In this document: in pieces, positions 18,983 through 28,707 of the stretch
How positions within the stretch are numbered: position 1 is the first letter of the stretch
How the letters are laid out: every line of letters starts with the position of its first letter
NCBI GenBank assembly: GCA_947448685.1
Contig: CANFOP010000001.1
Span: 1 to 56,249 of the forward strand
Direction of reading: 5' to 3'
Length of the DNA stretch: 56,249 nt
From: Chitinophagaceae bacterium
GTDB lineage: Bacteria; Bacteroidota; Bacteroidia; Chitinophagales; Chitinophagaceae
Translations under genes and position numbers: made by a program
The notes under the pieces: generated by a model
Database searches by the model: none
What the model saw: only the letters and a program-made list of their open reading frames with translations
What the model was told of the DNA's origin: nothing

Positions 18983-21571
18983 ATGAAATCCATGCTCTTG
19001 TTTATTGTTTGTTTTATTTCAATCACATCTATCGCTCAGATTCAGGAAAGTTTTGATGATGGTGATTTTTATCACCAGCCAACGTGGTCTGGCGTAGATT
19101 CGGCCTGGTTAGTAAACGCACAAAATCAACTTCAAACAAGAAGCAGTACAACCAATGGAAGTTTTTATATAAGCACTATTAATACCAAGGCAACAGTTGC
19201 CCAATGGGAGTTTTGGATAAAAATTTCATTCAATCCTTCCAGCGCTAATTATGTGGATGTCTTCCTTACCGCATCAGACAGCAACCTTTTAATACCGGGA
19301 CTTACCGGTTATTTTGTGAGGATAGGAAACACTGACGATGAAGTTTCTTTATACAGAAAAGATAATGGCATATCAGTAAAAATAATAGATGGCATTAATG
19401 GAACTCTAAACCAAAGCGAATCTGTTTTAAAAATCAAAGTAACAAGAGATGAAAATAACAACTGGGAACTTTTAAGACAACTAAATTTAACAGGCTTTAT
19501 ATCTGAAGGTAATGTGATCGACGGCACATATCTCAGTTCCGCTTATTTCGGCTGTGTTGTAAAACAAAGCACTGCTTCATTTTTTCAAAAACATTTTTTT
19601 GACGACTTTTTAATCAGTGATTATGTCAGAGACACTGTTCCGCCAAGAATAGACACGGTTATTATTCTTTCCAAAAGTAGAATAGATGTGCAGTTCAATG
19701 AGTCTATAGATAAGTCAATGGCGGAGATGGTGGAACATTATTTTATTGACAATGGTATCGGAATTCCATCAAGCGCCATAGTAGACCCAATTAATCACAC
19801 ATTGGTCCATTTGTCTTTTCCTGATAATATTTTATCGAGAATCAATCTACATATGACCGTCAATCATATCAAAGATGTAAAAGGAAATGAAATGTTTCAA
19901 GAAGAAAAAAATTGTTTGTATTATACAGCCGCTCCATTTGATATTATAATTGATGAATTAATGCCCGACCCCACTCCGGCAAACGGACTACCAGAAGAAG
20001 AATGGATAGAAATAAAAAACATCAGCCCTTTTGATATAAATCTCTCCGGATGGAAGATTGCAAAGACAAACGGACAAAGCGGTATAATCTCTGATTATCT
20101 TTTAAAGAGAGACAGTTTTTTGATTGTTTCATCAACAGGATCTGTGTCTGCTTTGCAGCAGTTCACGCGTGTGATGGGTGTAGCCAATTTTCCTTCACTT
20201 GCTAATGCTGCTGACCTCATTTATCTTTTATCTCCCGAAGGAAACACCATACATGCCGTAAACTATTCAGAGGAGTGGTATCAGAATGAATTGAAAAAAC
20301 AAGGAGGATGGAGTTTAGAAATGATGGATGTGAATAGTCCATGTATGGGAGCAGAAAACTGGTCAGCATCAAAAAGCTTGTTGGGCGGAAGTCCGGGAAA
20401 AATAAATAGTATAGATGCCATCAATATAGATAATGTTTCTCCAGAGTTGATGAGAGCGTTTGCAACTGATAGCATTCATATCCGATTATATTTCAATGAG
20501 CCATTGGATAGTCTCGTAGCGTCTAATGTTCTCCGTTATGACATCAGCGACGGAATAGGAAAACCTATTTTCTCAGAACCTATCCCACCTTTGTTTTCAG
20601 AAGTAAGTCTGACACTCCAACAACCATTATCAAGAAGTAAAATTTATAACATTAATGCTACAGGCATAAAAGATTGTATTGAAAATGAAATCGGTATTCA
20701 TAATCATGTTTCAGTTGGCCTTGCCGAATCCGCAGAAAGTAAGGATGTTATAATCAATGAAATATTATACAATCCCAAACAAAATGGGTATGATTATATA
20801 GAAATTTACAATAGAAGCAATAAAACACTTGATATGAAAAACCTTTATCTGGCAAATTTAAATTATCAAAATATGATTGATAACATTACGCCTGTTGAAA
20901 AAACAAGTTATTTATTATTTCCAGGAGATTATATAGTTTTTACTGAAAATAAAACTTCGCTTAAGCGTGATTATTTTACCCCTAACAACAATGCTGTTTG
21001 TCAGGTTCAAAACATGCCTTCTTATGGAGATGACGAAGGGTGTGTGATTTTGCTCAACAACTTGGGCGATGTGATTGATCAAGTTTGTTATAAAAAAGAA
21101 TGGCAGTTTAAACTATTGGATAATGCAGAAGGAATTTCATTGGAGAGGATTAATGCTGAGGCTCCATCACAGGATGAACATAATTGGCACAGCGCATCAA
21201 GCACGGCAGGATACGGAACCCCAACATACAAGAATTCACAGAGTGCGCCAGATGTTATAATTGCCGGAGAATTTAATATATCACCCAAGATAATCAGCCC
21301 CAACAACGATGGAATAAACGATAATGCAATTATACATTATTCATTTGCAGAATCCGGAAATGTATGCAGTATAATGATATTCAATGATGCTGGCACACCG
21401 GTAAGAAAATTAGCAGAAAACCAATTGTGCGGTACAAGCGGTTATTTTGTTTGGGATGGACTAAATGATAAAAATCAAAGGTTGACAAATGGTGTGTATA
21501 TCATTTATATAGAATTGTACAATCTGCAGGGAAAGACTCAAAAAATAAAGAAGGTGATTTTTGTAAATTGA
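18983..21571 (+). CDS. Secreted lamin-tail-domain / Ig-like protein with gliding-motility-associated (T9SS type B) C-terminal domain
   Basis: Signal peptide; two LTD motifs (IIIDELMPDP...EWIEIKN, VIINEILYNP...DYIEIYN); DTVPP-type Ig-like modules; ISPNNDGINDN...WDG...GVYI C-terminal domain. Confidence 0.85.
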   Translation: MKSMLLFIVCFISITSIAQIQESFDDGDFYHQPTWSGVDSAWLVNAQNQLQTRSSTTNGSFYISTINTKATVAQWEFWIKISFNPSSANYVDVFLTASDSNLLIPGLTGYFVRIGNTDDEVSLYRKDNGISVKIIDGINGTLNQSESVLKIKVTRDENNNWELLRQLNLTGFISEGNVIDGTYLSSAYFGCVVKQSTASFFQKHFFDDFLISDYVRDTVPPRIDTVIILSKSRIDVQFNESIDKSMAEMVEHYFIDNGIGIPSSAIVDPINHTLVHLSFPDNILSRINLHMTVNHIKDVKGNEMFQEEKNCLYYTAAPFDIIIDELMPDPTPANGLPEEEWIEIKNISPFDINLSGWKIAKTNGQSGIISDYLLKRDSFLIVSSTGSVSALQQFTRVMGVANFPSLANAADLIYLLSPEGNTIHAVNYSEEWYQNELKKQGGWSLEMMDVNSPCMGAENWSASKSLLGGSPGKINSIDAINIDNVSPELMRAFATDSIHIRLYFNEPLDSLVASNVLRYDISDGIGKPIFSEPIPPLFSEVSLTLQQPLSRSKIYNINATGIKDCIENEIGIHNHVSVGLAESAESKDVIINEILYNPKQNGYDYIEIYNRSNKTLDMKNLYLANLNYQNMIDNITPVEKTSYLLFPGDYIVFTENKTSLKRDYFTPNNNAVCQVQNMPSYGDDEGCVILLNNLGDVIDQVCYKKEWQFKLLDNAEGISLERINAEAPSQDEHNWHSASSTAGYGTPTYKNSQSAPDVIIAGEFNISPKIISPNNDGINDNAIIHYSFAESGNVCSIMIFNDAGTPVRKLAENQLCGTSGYFVWDGLNDKNQRLTNGVYIIYIELYNLQGKTQKIKKVIFVN

Positions 21572-21588
21572 TAGCAGAAAAAGATTTG

Positions 21589-21855
21589 TTAGTGTTCCTG
21601 ATCAGGTAAATTTTCCAATCGATATCGGACAAATAAAAAACCCCCAAATGCACATAATATTGAAAAGGAAAGCAATTCGATTAAATTATTTTTATCAAAT
21701 CCAAAAACAACTATTCCTGTTACACAGCCCAGCATTTCAAATGCAATCCAGGAAATTACAGTATACAACTTCCACCTTCCGGGATTCAAGCCCTTTTGTG
21801 TAGCCATAACACCAATCTTTTTGCAAAGGAAAAAAAGCAAAACAATTTCTAGCAT
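21589..21855 (-). CDS. Small membrane protein of unknown function
   Basis: 88 aa with 2-3 hydrophobic helices, co-oriented downstream of pfkB. Confidence 0.75.
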   Translation of the reverse strand: MLEIVLLFFLCKKIGVMATQKGLNPGRWKLYTVISWIAFEMLGCVTGIVVFGFDKNNLIELLSFSILCAFGGFLFVRYRLENLPDQEH

Positions 21856-21869
21856 GTGTAGTAAAATCT

Positions 21870-22793
21870 TTAAACCAAATCAATATCAAAATTAACCAAT
21901 TGTACAAACTCATTTATTCTTGCATCAATATCTTCTTTCTTAATTTCTTTTAATTTTTCCGGTCCGAATTTTTCAACGCAGAAGCTTGCCATGGCACTGC
22001 CGACAATAATGGCTGTTTTCATGTTCTCAAAACTGATGTCCTTGGTTTTAGCCAAATGCCCGATAAACCCACCGGCAAAAGTATCGCCCGCACCAGTTGG
22101 GTCAAAAACTTCTTCTAATGGTAACGCGGGTGCAAAGAATACGTGGTTTTCATTGAATAGCAGTGCACCATGTTCCCCTTTTTTGATAATCAGGAACTTG
22201 GGCCCCATTTGCAGTATTTTTTTGGCGGCTTTTACGATAGAAAACTCACCACTTAGTTGGCGCGCTTCTCCATCATTTACCAAAAGAACATCTACTTTCT
22301 TCAATACTTCTTTCAAGTCATCCAATGCTATATCCATCCAAAAATTCATGGTGTCCATTACAATCAGCTTAGGTTTTACTTTCATTTGATTGATAACACT
22401 AAGTTGTAGTTTTGGCATAAGGTTACCAAGCATTAAAAACTCGGACCCCTGATAACTGTCGGGCACAATTGGATTGAAGTCTGCAAGTACATTTAAATCT
22501 GTAACCAGGGTGTCTCTTGTATTCATATCCAAATGATACTTTCCACTCCAGAAAAAAGATTTTTTATCCTGTACAATTTCAACTCCTTCAACTTTTACTC
22601 CCCTTGCCTTTAAATCGTTCATTTCTTCCTCCGGAAAATCGTATCCAACAATTGATATTTGCTGAACGGGTTGCAAAAAATTGCTTGCTGCATAAGCAAC
22701 ATAAGTGGCAGACCCACCGACAATTTTATCTACTTTTCCAAAAGGAGTTTCAATGGCATCAAAAGCCATCGTTCCAACAGTAATTAAAGACAT
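21870..22793 (-). CDS. PfkB family carbohydrate/nucleoside kinase
   Basis: GGSATY, KKGEHGA, DPTGAGDTFAGG. ATG at 22793 (MSLITVG) chosen because the listed TTG at 22829 overlaps the promoter. Confidence 0.95.
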   Translation of the reverse strand: MSLITVGTMAFDAIETPFGKVDKIVGGSATYVAYAASNFLQPVQQISIVGYDFPEEEMNDLKARGVKVEGVEIVQDKKSFFWSGKYHLDMNTRDTLVTDLNVLADFNPIVPDSYQGSEFLMLGNLMPKLQLSVINQMKVKPKLIVMDTMNFWMDIALDDLKEVLKKVDVLLVNDGEARQLSGEFSIVKAAKKILQMGPKFLIIKKGEHGALLFNENHVFFAPALPLEEVFDPTGAGDTFAGGFIGHLAKTKDISFENMKTAIIVGSAMASFCVEKFGPEKLKEIKKEDIDARINEFVQLVNFDIDLV

Positions 22794-22826
22794 AAGATGA
22801 AATTTGAGAAAAAATAAAAAATCGAG

Positions 22827-22834
22827 CAAAAGTA
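22827..22834 (-). promoter_or_regulatory. -7 promoter element (TACTTTTG) of the pfkB gene
   Basis: Exact TAnnTTTG on the minus strand, 33 nt upstream of the ATG. Confidence 0.65.
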
Positions 22835-22893
22835 ATACATTAATATTTGTTTTTTAAATCTTTATACAATTAATTATTGTACATTCAAGTATC

Positions 22894-23502
22894 ATGTTTA
22901 TTAAAATACACCCCCAAAACCCCTCACAAAGACTGATTAGGCAGGTGGTTGATTGTCTGAAAGCCGGAGGTGTCATTATTTATCCTACAGATACTATTTA
23001 CGGTATTGGTTGTGATATTTTTCAGCCTAAGGCAATAGAAAAAATTTGTCAATTGAAAGGTATAAATCCTGCAAAAGCAAACCTTTCTTTTATTTGCAGA
23101 GACCTAAGCCATTTAAGTGATTTTACAAAAAGTATCTACACTCCATTATACAGGTCGTTAAAAAGTCACTTGCCCGGCCCCTATACATTTATATTAAATG
23201 CCAGTAAGCAGGTGCCTAAAATTCTTCAAAATAAAAAATCAACCATCGGCATTCGGGTTCCCGATAATGAGATTTGTCGGTACATATTAGATGAGTTGAA
23301 GAATCCGTTGATTAGCACATCGCTTCCGGGCGAAATGGCAGAAGACTATACCGACCCTGAAGTTATTTTTGAGAAGTTTGGCAAAATGGTTGATATTGTA
23401 ATAGACGGAGGAATCGGAGGGCTGATACCATCCACAGTTGTAGACTGTACAACAAACGAGTGGACAATAGTAAGGCAGGGCGCCGGTATTTTTGAAGAAT
23501 AA
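22894..23502 (+). CDS. L-threonylcarbamoyladenylate synthase family (Sua5/YciO/YrdC)
   Basis: IHPQNP, YPTDTIYGIGC, LPGPYTFIL, IGIRVPD, STS, PSTVVD. Confidence 0.93.
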   Translation: MFIKIHPQNPSQRLIRQVVDCLKAGGVIIYPTDTIYGIGCDIFQPKAIEKICQLKGINPAKANLSFICRDLSHLSDFTKSIYTPLYRSLKSHLPGPYTFILNASKQVPKILQNKKSTIGIRVPDNEICRYILDELKNPLISTSLPGEMAEDYTDPEVIFEKFGKMVDIVIDGGIGGLIPSTVVDCTTNEWTIVRQGAGIFEE

Positions 23503-23546
23503 TTAAATTAAAAGCGCTTCAACTTAGTAAGTTAACACACATACAA

Positions 23547-23554
23547 TAACTTTG
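23547..23554 (+). promoter_or_regulatory. -7 promoter element (TAACTTTG) of the EamA gene
   Basis: Exact TAnnTTTG 10 nt before the ATG. Confidence 0.65.
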
Positions 23555-23564
23555 CACTTTTTAG

Positions 23565-24458
23565 ATGGGAAGCAAACTCAAGGCACATTTGGCACTTATT
23601 GGTACGAATATTTTTTTTGCCATAAATTTCACGGCTGTAAAATATTTGTTTAACGGTTCTTATATAAAGCCCTTCGGGCTGAATTTCATCAGGATTCTTA
23701 TCACTTCCATTTTATTGTGGGTGTTATATTTTTTTAAGCGCAATAAAGTAAGAATAGACAAACAAGATTTTCTTCGACTGTTAATTTGTGCCTTAACAGG
23801 AATTGTGATCAATCAATTGCTTTTTATCAAGGGTCTTTCAATGACTTATTCAATACATGCGTCATTGTTAATGTTAACGACTCCCATACTTATAATAATT
23901 ATAGCAGCAATTATGCTGAAAGAGGGAATTACCTTCAATAAAACAATGGGACTATTGTTAGGTGTTTCCGGGGCTACAATTTTAATTGCCAATAGACAAA
24001 ACAGTGGCAATGGAAACAGCGTTCTATTGGGAGACACGCTGATTATATTAAATGCTGTTTCCTATTCCTTTTACTTTATCATGGTAAAACCATTGATGAA
24101 AAAATATGAATCACTAACGGTTGTCAGAATTCTTTTTACAATGGGACTTTTTATTGCAATGCCTTTTTGCTGGAAGGAATTTAATGCTATACCCTGGGCC
24201 AATTATAGTTATAAAGAGTATGAAATTTTGGGATTGATTGTATTGGGCGGAACATTTTTCGCGTATCTGTTTAATGTATATGGAATAAAGCATCTGGGTC
24301 CTTCCGTTTCGGGTTCATATATATATTCTCAACCGATATTTGCAACAGCCATTGCCATTTTTTTTCTGGGTGAAACGCTTGAATGGTACAAGTTTGTAGC
24401 GGGGCTATTGATATTTTCTGGTGTATATCTTGCAAATAAAATACCAAAAGATGTTTGA
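23565..24458 (+). CDS. DMT/EamA family transporter
   Basis: Ten-TM two-repeat pattern; NQLLFIKGL, LGDTL, YIYSQP. Confidence 0.9.
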   Translation: MGSKLKAHLALIGTNIFFAINFTAVKYLFNGSYIKPFGLNFIRILITSILLWVLYFFKRNKVRIDKQDFLRLLICALTGIVINQLLFIKGLSMTYSIHASLLMLTTPILIIIIAAIMLKEGITFNKTMGLLLGVSGATILIANRQNSGNGNSVLLGDTLIILNAVSYSFYFIMVKPLMKKYESLTVVRILFTMGLFIAMPFCWKEFNAIPWANYSYKEYEILGLIVLGGTFFAYLFNVYGIKHLGPSVSGSYIYSQPIFATAIAIFFLGETLEWYKFVAGLLIFSGVYLANKIPKDV

Positions 24459-24915
24459 TTATATTCATGTTCAATCCGAGAAGGAATACATTGAAGCGGC
24501 AAAATTATTCAAGGAATACGCCGCCTGGTTAAAAATAGATTTGTCTTTTCAGTCTTTTGAAGAAGAACTGAAAACTTTAAAAACAATGTATGCTTCACCT
24601 GAAGGGACAATAATTTTATGTAAGACCGATAATGAATATATGGCAAGTGTGGCTGTAAGACCTAAAGAAAATGGGGTGGCTGAGTTGAAAAGAATGTTTG
24701 TAAAACCACCTTATCATCATAACGGTATAGGACAAACGCTTTTGAACAAGTCACTTGCTTTCGCAAAAAACGCAGGGTACAAAAAAATCTGGTTAGATAC
24801 GCTTGACACAATGATTCCAGCGATGATGCTTTATCAAAAAAATGGGTTTTATAAAATACCGCCTTATTATTACAATCCGGAACCTTCTGCCGTTTACTTT
24901 GAAAAAATTCTTTAA
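24451..24915 (+). CDS. GNAT family N-acetyltransferase
   Basis: DLSFQSFEEEL, ELKRMFVKP, HNGIG, LDTL, LYQKNGF, YYYNP; ATG at 24451 preferred. Confidence 0.9.
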   Translation: MFDYIHVQSEKEYIEAAKLFKEYAAWLKIDLSFQSFEEELKTLKTMYASPEGTIILCKTDNEYMASVAVRPKENGVAELKRMFVKPPYHHNGIGQTLLNKSLAFAKNAGYKKIWLDTLDTMIPAMMLYQKNGFYKIPPYYYNPEPSAVYFEKIL

Positions 24916-25406
24916 AATTTGGTGGGATAATCAAAAAACAAAAATTGTTTTGTAGAATCAAAAAAAGAAGACCAATTCCCTGTGTCGGCTTGTACAATAA
25001 AGATTCCGCAAGTAGGCATATTGTCTAACTTCACTCCTACGTTAAGACTATTAATAAATTCAGTAATACCGGGATTGTGTGTTACAATTACAATGTTGCT
25101 ATATAGGTCGTCAGTGGCGGTAACTAGTTTTTTAATTGCATTATTATCCGGTAAATAGAGATGTTCGTTAAAACAAATATTTCCATTTGGGTATTTACAG
25201 TAATCACATAGTGCTTCACAGGTCTGCCGTGTTCTTAATGCAGGACTACTCACAAAAAAATCAAATTTGTATGGAAGCCTTGCAATTTTTTCTCCCATCA
25301 GCACAACTTCATTTTTGCCACTTTCACTTAAAGGCCTTGTGAAGTCAGATACATTGAAGTTTGCCGGGCTGCTTTTTGCATGCCGAATAAGACATAGTGT
25401 TTTCAT
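24912..25406 (-). CDS. sixA: SixA-like histidine phosphatase
   Basis: LIRHAKS, RPL, SSPALRTRQT, VTHNPG, MPT. Confidence 0.88.
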   Translation of the reverse strand: MKTLCLIRHAKSSPANFNVSDFTRPLSESGKNEVVLMGEKIARLPYKFDFFVSSPALRTRQTCEALCDYCKYPNGNICFNEHLYLPDNNAIKKLVTATDDLYSNIVIVTHNPGITEFINSLNVGVKLDNMPTCGIFIVQADTGNWSSFFDSTKQFLFFDYPTKF

Positions 25407-25425
25407 AAAACCGAGAAAAATATTT

Positions 25426-25454
25426 AATAAAAAATCCCGGTTCTACCCGGGATT
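25426..25454 (-). terminator. Intrinsic terminator of the OM beta-barrel gene
   Basis: aatcccgg/ccgggatt 8-bp stem, with an A-tract on the + strand giving a U-tract on the minus strand. Confidence 0.72.
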
Positions 25455-25479
25455 ACAAGTAATTACATCAAAATATTTT

Positions 25480-26205
25480 TTACAATCCACTGATTGTTAA
25501 TCCTACCTGCAGTAGCTTGGTATCAGAAGTTACCAAATCTTTGAAAATAGAACTGCTAATATTATAGGACCCAAACAAAGAAAAATTACCATAGCCGACT
25601 CTGGCAGTAGCAACAAGTCTTCTGTTATTGAAATAAGTTTTTGAATTTATTTTTTCTGTGTAACTATTGATTGTTTTACCGCTTGAATTTAATAAGGTTT
25701 TTCCTTTAGTGTGAACATTCAGAAGCGTCCCAACCTTAGCCCCAATGGCTACTTTAAAAGATTTATTAGGTTTGTCAGGGTGTGAAGAAAACCTCAGTTC
25801 AACGGGTACTTCAAGAAAGGCGCTGCATATTTTATATTTTTTAAATCTGTCAGAGGTGTCCAGTGATACATATTTCAAGGCAGGGGAAGTCCCTTTAATA
25901 TCAGCCTTTAATTTATTGAAAAAAATGTTGCTTGTGCCGATACCTAATCCGAAAGCAACACTAAAATGAGGGTTGCTTTTGAAAGGTTTGTCCAGTAAAA
26001 AGTAAATATTAGCACCCCTTGAACCTGATTTAATTTTGGAACTTATACTATCAGGCGCACCTTTCCAATTATCGGCACTTAATTGTATCATTAAGTGATC
26101 AGATGGTCGATTCGATAAATCTATTTGTTTTTGAGGGCTGGTTTTCTGCGAGAATCCAACATTGACAACCGATAGGAAAACCCATCCAAGAATATATTTT
26201 TTCAT
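25480..26205 (-). CDS. Outer-membrane beta-barrel protein (PorT/porin-like)
   Basis: Signal peptide MKKYILGW..., LEVPVELRF motif, amphipathic C-terminal strand; ATG at 26205 preferred. Confidence 0.8.
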   Translation of the reverse strand: MKKYILGWVFLSVVNVGFSQKTSPQKQIDLSNRPSDHLMIQLSADNWKGAPDSISSKIKSGSRGANIYFLLDKPFKSNPHFSVAFGLGIGTSNIFFNKLKADIKGTSPALKYVSLDTSDRFKKYKICSAFLEVPVELRFSSHPDKPNKSFKVAIGAKVGTLLNVHTKGKTLLNSSGKTINSYTEKINSKTYFNNRRLVATARVGYGNFSLFGSYNISSSIFKDLVTSDTKLLQVGLTISGL

Positions 26206-26258
26206 AAAATCTAAATTACTGAACCACAAATTAAAACAAAATTAAATATTTTTCTCAG

Positions 26259-26266
26259 CAAAGATA
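26259..26266 (-). promoter_or_regulatory. -7 promoter element (TATCTTTG) of the OM barrel gene
   Basis: Exact TAnnTTTG on the minus strand. Confidence 0.6.
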
Positions 26267-26309
26267 ACATTACTTGAGTGATAATGATAGATATGGGTTT
26301 GAACAAAAG

Positions 26310-26411
26310 AATTATTTGTGAAAAAATTAGTAATTCATACAAATAGTATTATTTGTATATACAAAATTGCCTTCAGATTTTATAAAAACTTGCTTTTCAA
26401 TTATTTGTGAA
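26310..26411. repeat. Cluster of short direct and inverted repeats (candidate activator sites)
   Basis: AATTATTTGTGAA at 26310-26322 and 26399-26411; IR ATACAAATA-gtat-TATTTGTAT at 26337-26358; perfect palindrome TTTGTATATACAAA at 26352-26365; TTGCTTTTCAA at 26390 recurs at 26502. Confidence 0.55.
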
Positions 26412-26530
26412 TGTGTGAGGAATTTATTTTATTTTTATAAAGTTCTAAAAAACACCAAAATTAACCGATTTCGCACAAAATTATTTTTTGAAAACTTTGA
26501 TTTGCTTTTCAAGACAACTTGACAATTCAG

Positions 26531-26547
26531 TTGGTACAAATATTGCA
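26531..26547 (+). promoter_or_regulatory. Sigma-54 (RpoN)-type -24/-12 promoter for the glycan locus
   Basis: TTGGTACAAATATTGCA fits YTGGYAYR-N4-TTGCW with exact GG-N10-GC spacing, about 175 nt upstream of wzm. Confidence 0.6.
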
Positions 26548-26667
26548 AAAGAGCATTTAAAAAATCACAACAGCAAACAATAAATCATCGGTAAAATTCG
26601 GGTTTTTAAGTTAAATTGTAAATGACATTAGTCATTATTGGATGAAATAAATGTCAGGCTCATTGTG

Positions 26668-26694
26668 TAAGTGAGAGCGGCGAAGCCGTACTTA
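26668..26694 (+). promoter_or_regulatory. ops-like / leader hairpin element (CGGC-GAA-GCCG)
   Basis: GC-rich GCGAAGC mini-hairpin at 26678-26688, extendable by TAAGT/ACTTA, about 30 nt upstream of the first gene of a long polysaccharide operon. Confidence 0.55.
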
Positions 26695-26723
26695 AACAGA
26701 ACTACTACCAACCAAATAACAAC

Positions 26724-27587
26724 ATGTCACTAAAAACAAACCCCAACAAAGAGTGGACGGATGTTATTCGTCCAAGCAAGTCATTGTTTGATTTAAATCT
26801 AAAGGCTGTTTGGGATTACAGGGACTTATTATTCATGTTTGTGAAGAGAGATTTTGTAGCCAACTATAAGCAGACAATACTGGGGCCGTTTTGGTATATC
26901 CTTCAACCGGTGTTGACCACCATGATATTTACCATTGTATTTGGCAGATTTGCTAAAATAAGTACAGATGGTCAGCCCAGGGTATTGTTTTATATGGCCG
27001 GAATTACCATCTGGAATTATTTTTCAGATTCTTTCAACAGAACTTCTTCTGTTTTTGCTTCTAATGCAGGGATATTTGGAAAGGTATATTTTCCCAGGTT
27101 AATCATGCCATTGTATATTGTAATATCCAGTTTTATGAGATTTGGAATTCAGTTCTTATTGTTTATAGCCTTTCTTATTTATTTTGTAAAACAACCAAAT
27201 TCCGTAGTTCACCCCAATGCATATGCATTGTTGACACCGTTTTTACTTTTGTTAATGGCTGGATTTGCATTAGGAACAGGTATGATCATCAGTTCAATCA
27301 CCACCAAGTACAGGGATTTCAGATATTTGGTTTCTTTTGCTGTATCGCTTCTGATGTATGCCACTCCTATCATTTATCCGGTAAATTTTTTACCACATAA
27401 ATACCAGGTTTTTGTTTTGGCAAACCCTTTGAGTGGAATTGTGGAGGCTTTCAGATATGGCTGGTTAGGCAGTGGAAAAATATCGTTCCAAGCGTTGGCA
27501 TATAGCACCGGAACTATGTTTTTTCTCTTATTTGCAGGCATAATAATTTTCAACAAAGTGGAAAAGAATTTTATGGATACAGTGTAA
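26724..27587 (+). CDS. wzm: Polysaccharide ABC transporter permease
   Basis: RDFVANYKQTILGPFW, KVYFPRL, KYRD, YATPIIYP, NPLSGIVEAFRY. Confidence 0.93.
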   Translation: MSLKTNPNKEWTDVIRPSKSLFDLNLKAVWDYRDLLFMFVKRDFVANYKQTILGPFWYILQPVLTTMIFTIVFGRFAKISTDGQPRVLFYMAGITIWNYFSDSFNRTSSVFASNAGIFGKVYFPRLIMPLYIVISSFMRFGIQFLLFIAFLIYFVKQPNSVVHPNAYALLTPFLLLLMAGFALGTGMIISSITTKYRDFRYLVSFAVSLLMYATPIIYPVNFLPHKYQVFVLANPLSGIVEAFRYGWLGSGKISFQALAYSTGTMFFLLFAGIIIFNKVEKNFMDTV

Positions 27588-27624
27588 AGCAACAATTGAA
27601 AATTCAAAACAACAAAACAGCATA

Positions 27625-28707
27625 TTGAAAGCCAACGATAAAATAAACGTTACAAAAACATTTTTCCCACCTCTTGAAGAGTACCAAAAACAACTGGAAA
27701 GAGTATGGAAAAACGAATGGTTGACCAACCGAGGTGAACTTTTAAAAGAACTGGAAGAAAAACTAAAGTTGTACTTGAAGGTTCCTAATATTATTGTTAT
27801 GAACAATGGAACCGTTCCTATTCAAATAGCATTAAAGTTATTGGCTAATCAAGGGGAGGTAATCACTACTCCGTTTAGTTATGTAGCCACATCTGCTTCC
27901 ATTGTTTGGGAAAATTGCACACCTGTATTTGTCGATATTCATCCCGAGTATTTGACAATTGATGAAACAAAGATAGAGGCTGCTATAACGGAGAAGACCA
28001 CCTGCATTTTAGCAACGCATGTATTTGGTAATCCCTGCAATATAGAAGCAATAGAAGCAATTGCACAAAAACATCAATTGAAAGTAATCTATGATGCAGC
28101 ACATTGTTTTGGTGTAATGTATAAAGACCAATCTGTTTTTAATTACGGAGATGTTAGCACCTGCAGTTTCCACGCCACTAAATTATTTCACACGGGAGAA
28201 GGGGGCGCAGTATTTTGTAAGGACGAAGAACTACAACATAAAATGTTTTATAGCCACAATTTTGGTCATAAGGGACCTCTTGATTTTTATGGGTTAGGTA
28301 TAAATGGAAAAATCAGTGAATTGCAGGCGGCTATGGGTTTGTGTATATTACCCTATATGAATCAAATAATACACGCAAGAAAAAGAACAATTGATTGTTA
28401 CAACAATCAATTGAATTTTAAAAATCTTCAGGCATTAAAAATCCGAGAAGAAACCAATTGGAATTATAGTTATTATCCGGTCATTTTTGAAAATGAAGAG
28501 AAACTCTTGCAATTGCAGAAAAAAATGAACGATAAAAATATTTTTCCAAGAAGATATTTTTATCCATCTCTCAACACCATCAATTATTTAAATAAAGCAG
28601 AAATGCCGATTTCAGAAAGTGTTGCGAAAAGGATTTTGTGTTTGCCATTATCTCATTGTATGGAAGATTTACAAACTCAAATTATTGTTCAAACAATTAA
28701 TGAGTAA
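27625..28707 (+). CDS. DegT/DnrJ/EryC1/StrS sugar aminotransferase (VioA-like)
   Basis: TTPFSYVAT, THVFGNP, YDAAHCFG, SFHATKLFHTGEGG (PLP Lys), RRYFYP. Confidence 0.92.
   Translation: MKANDKINVTKTFFPPLEEYQKQLERVWKNEWLTNRGELLKELEEKLKLYLKVPNIIVMNNGTVPIQIALKLLANQGEVITTPFSYVATSASIVWENCTPVFVDIHPEYLTIDETKIEAAITEKTTCILATHVFGNPCNIEAIEAIAQKHQLKVIYDAAHCFGVMYKDQSVFNYGDVSTCSFHATKLFHTGEGGAVFCKDEELQHKMFYSHNFGHKGPLDFYGLGINGKISELQAAMGLCILPYMNQIIHARKRTIDCYNNQLNFKNLQALKIREETNWNYSYYPVIFENEEKLLQLQKKMNDKNIFPRRYFYPSLNTINYLNKAEMPISESVAKRILCLPLSHCMEDLQTQIIVQTINE

Noticed and set aside
26230-26723. Invertible (phase-variable) promoter as in Bacteroides capsule loci
   Set aside because: No long inverted-repeat pair flanking a promoter and no recombinase gene in the window.
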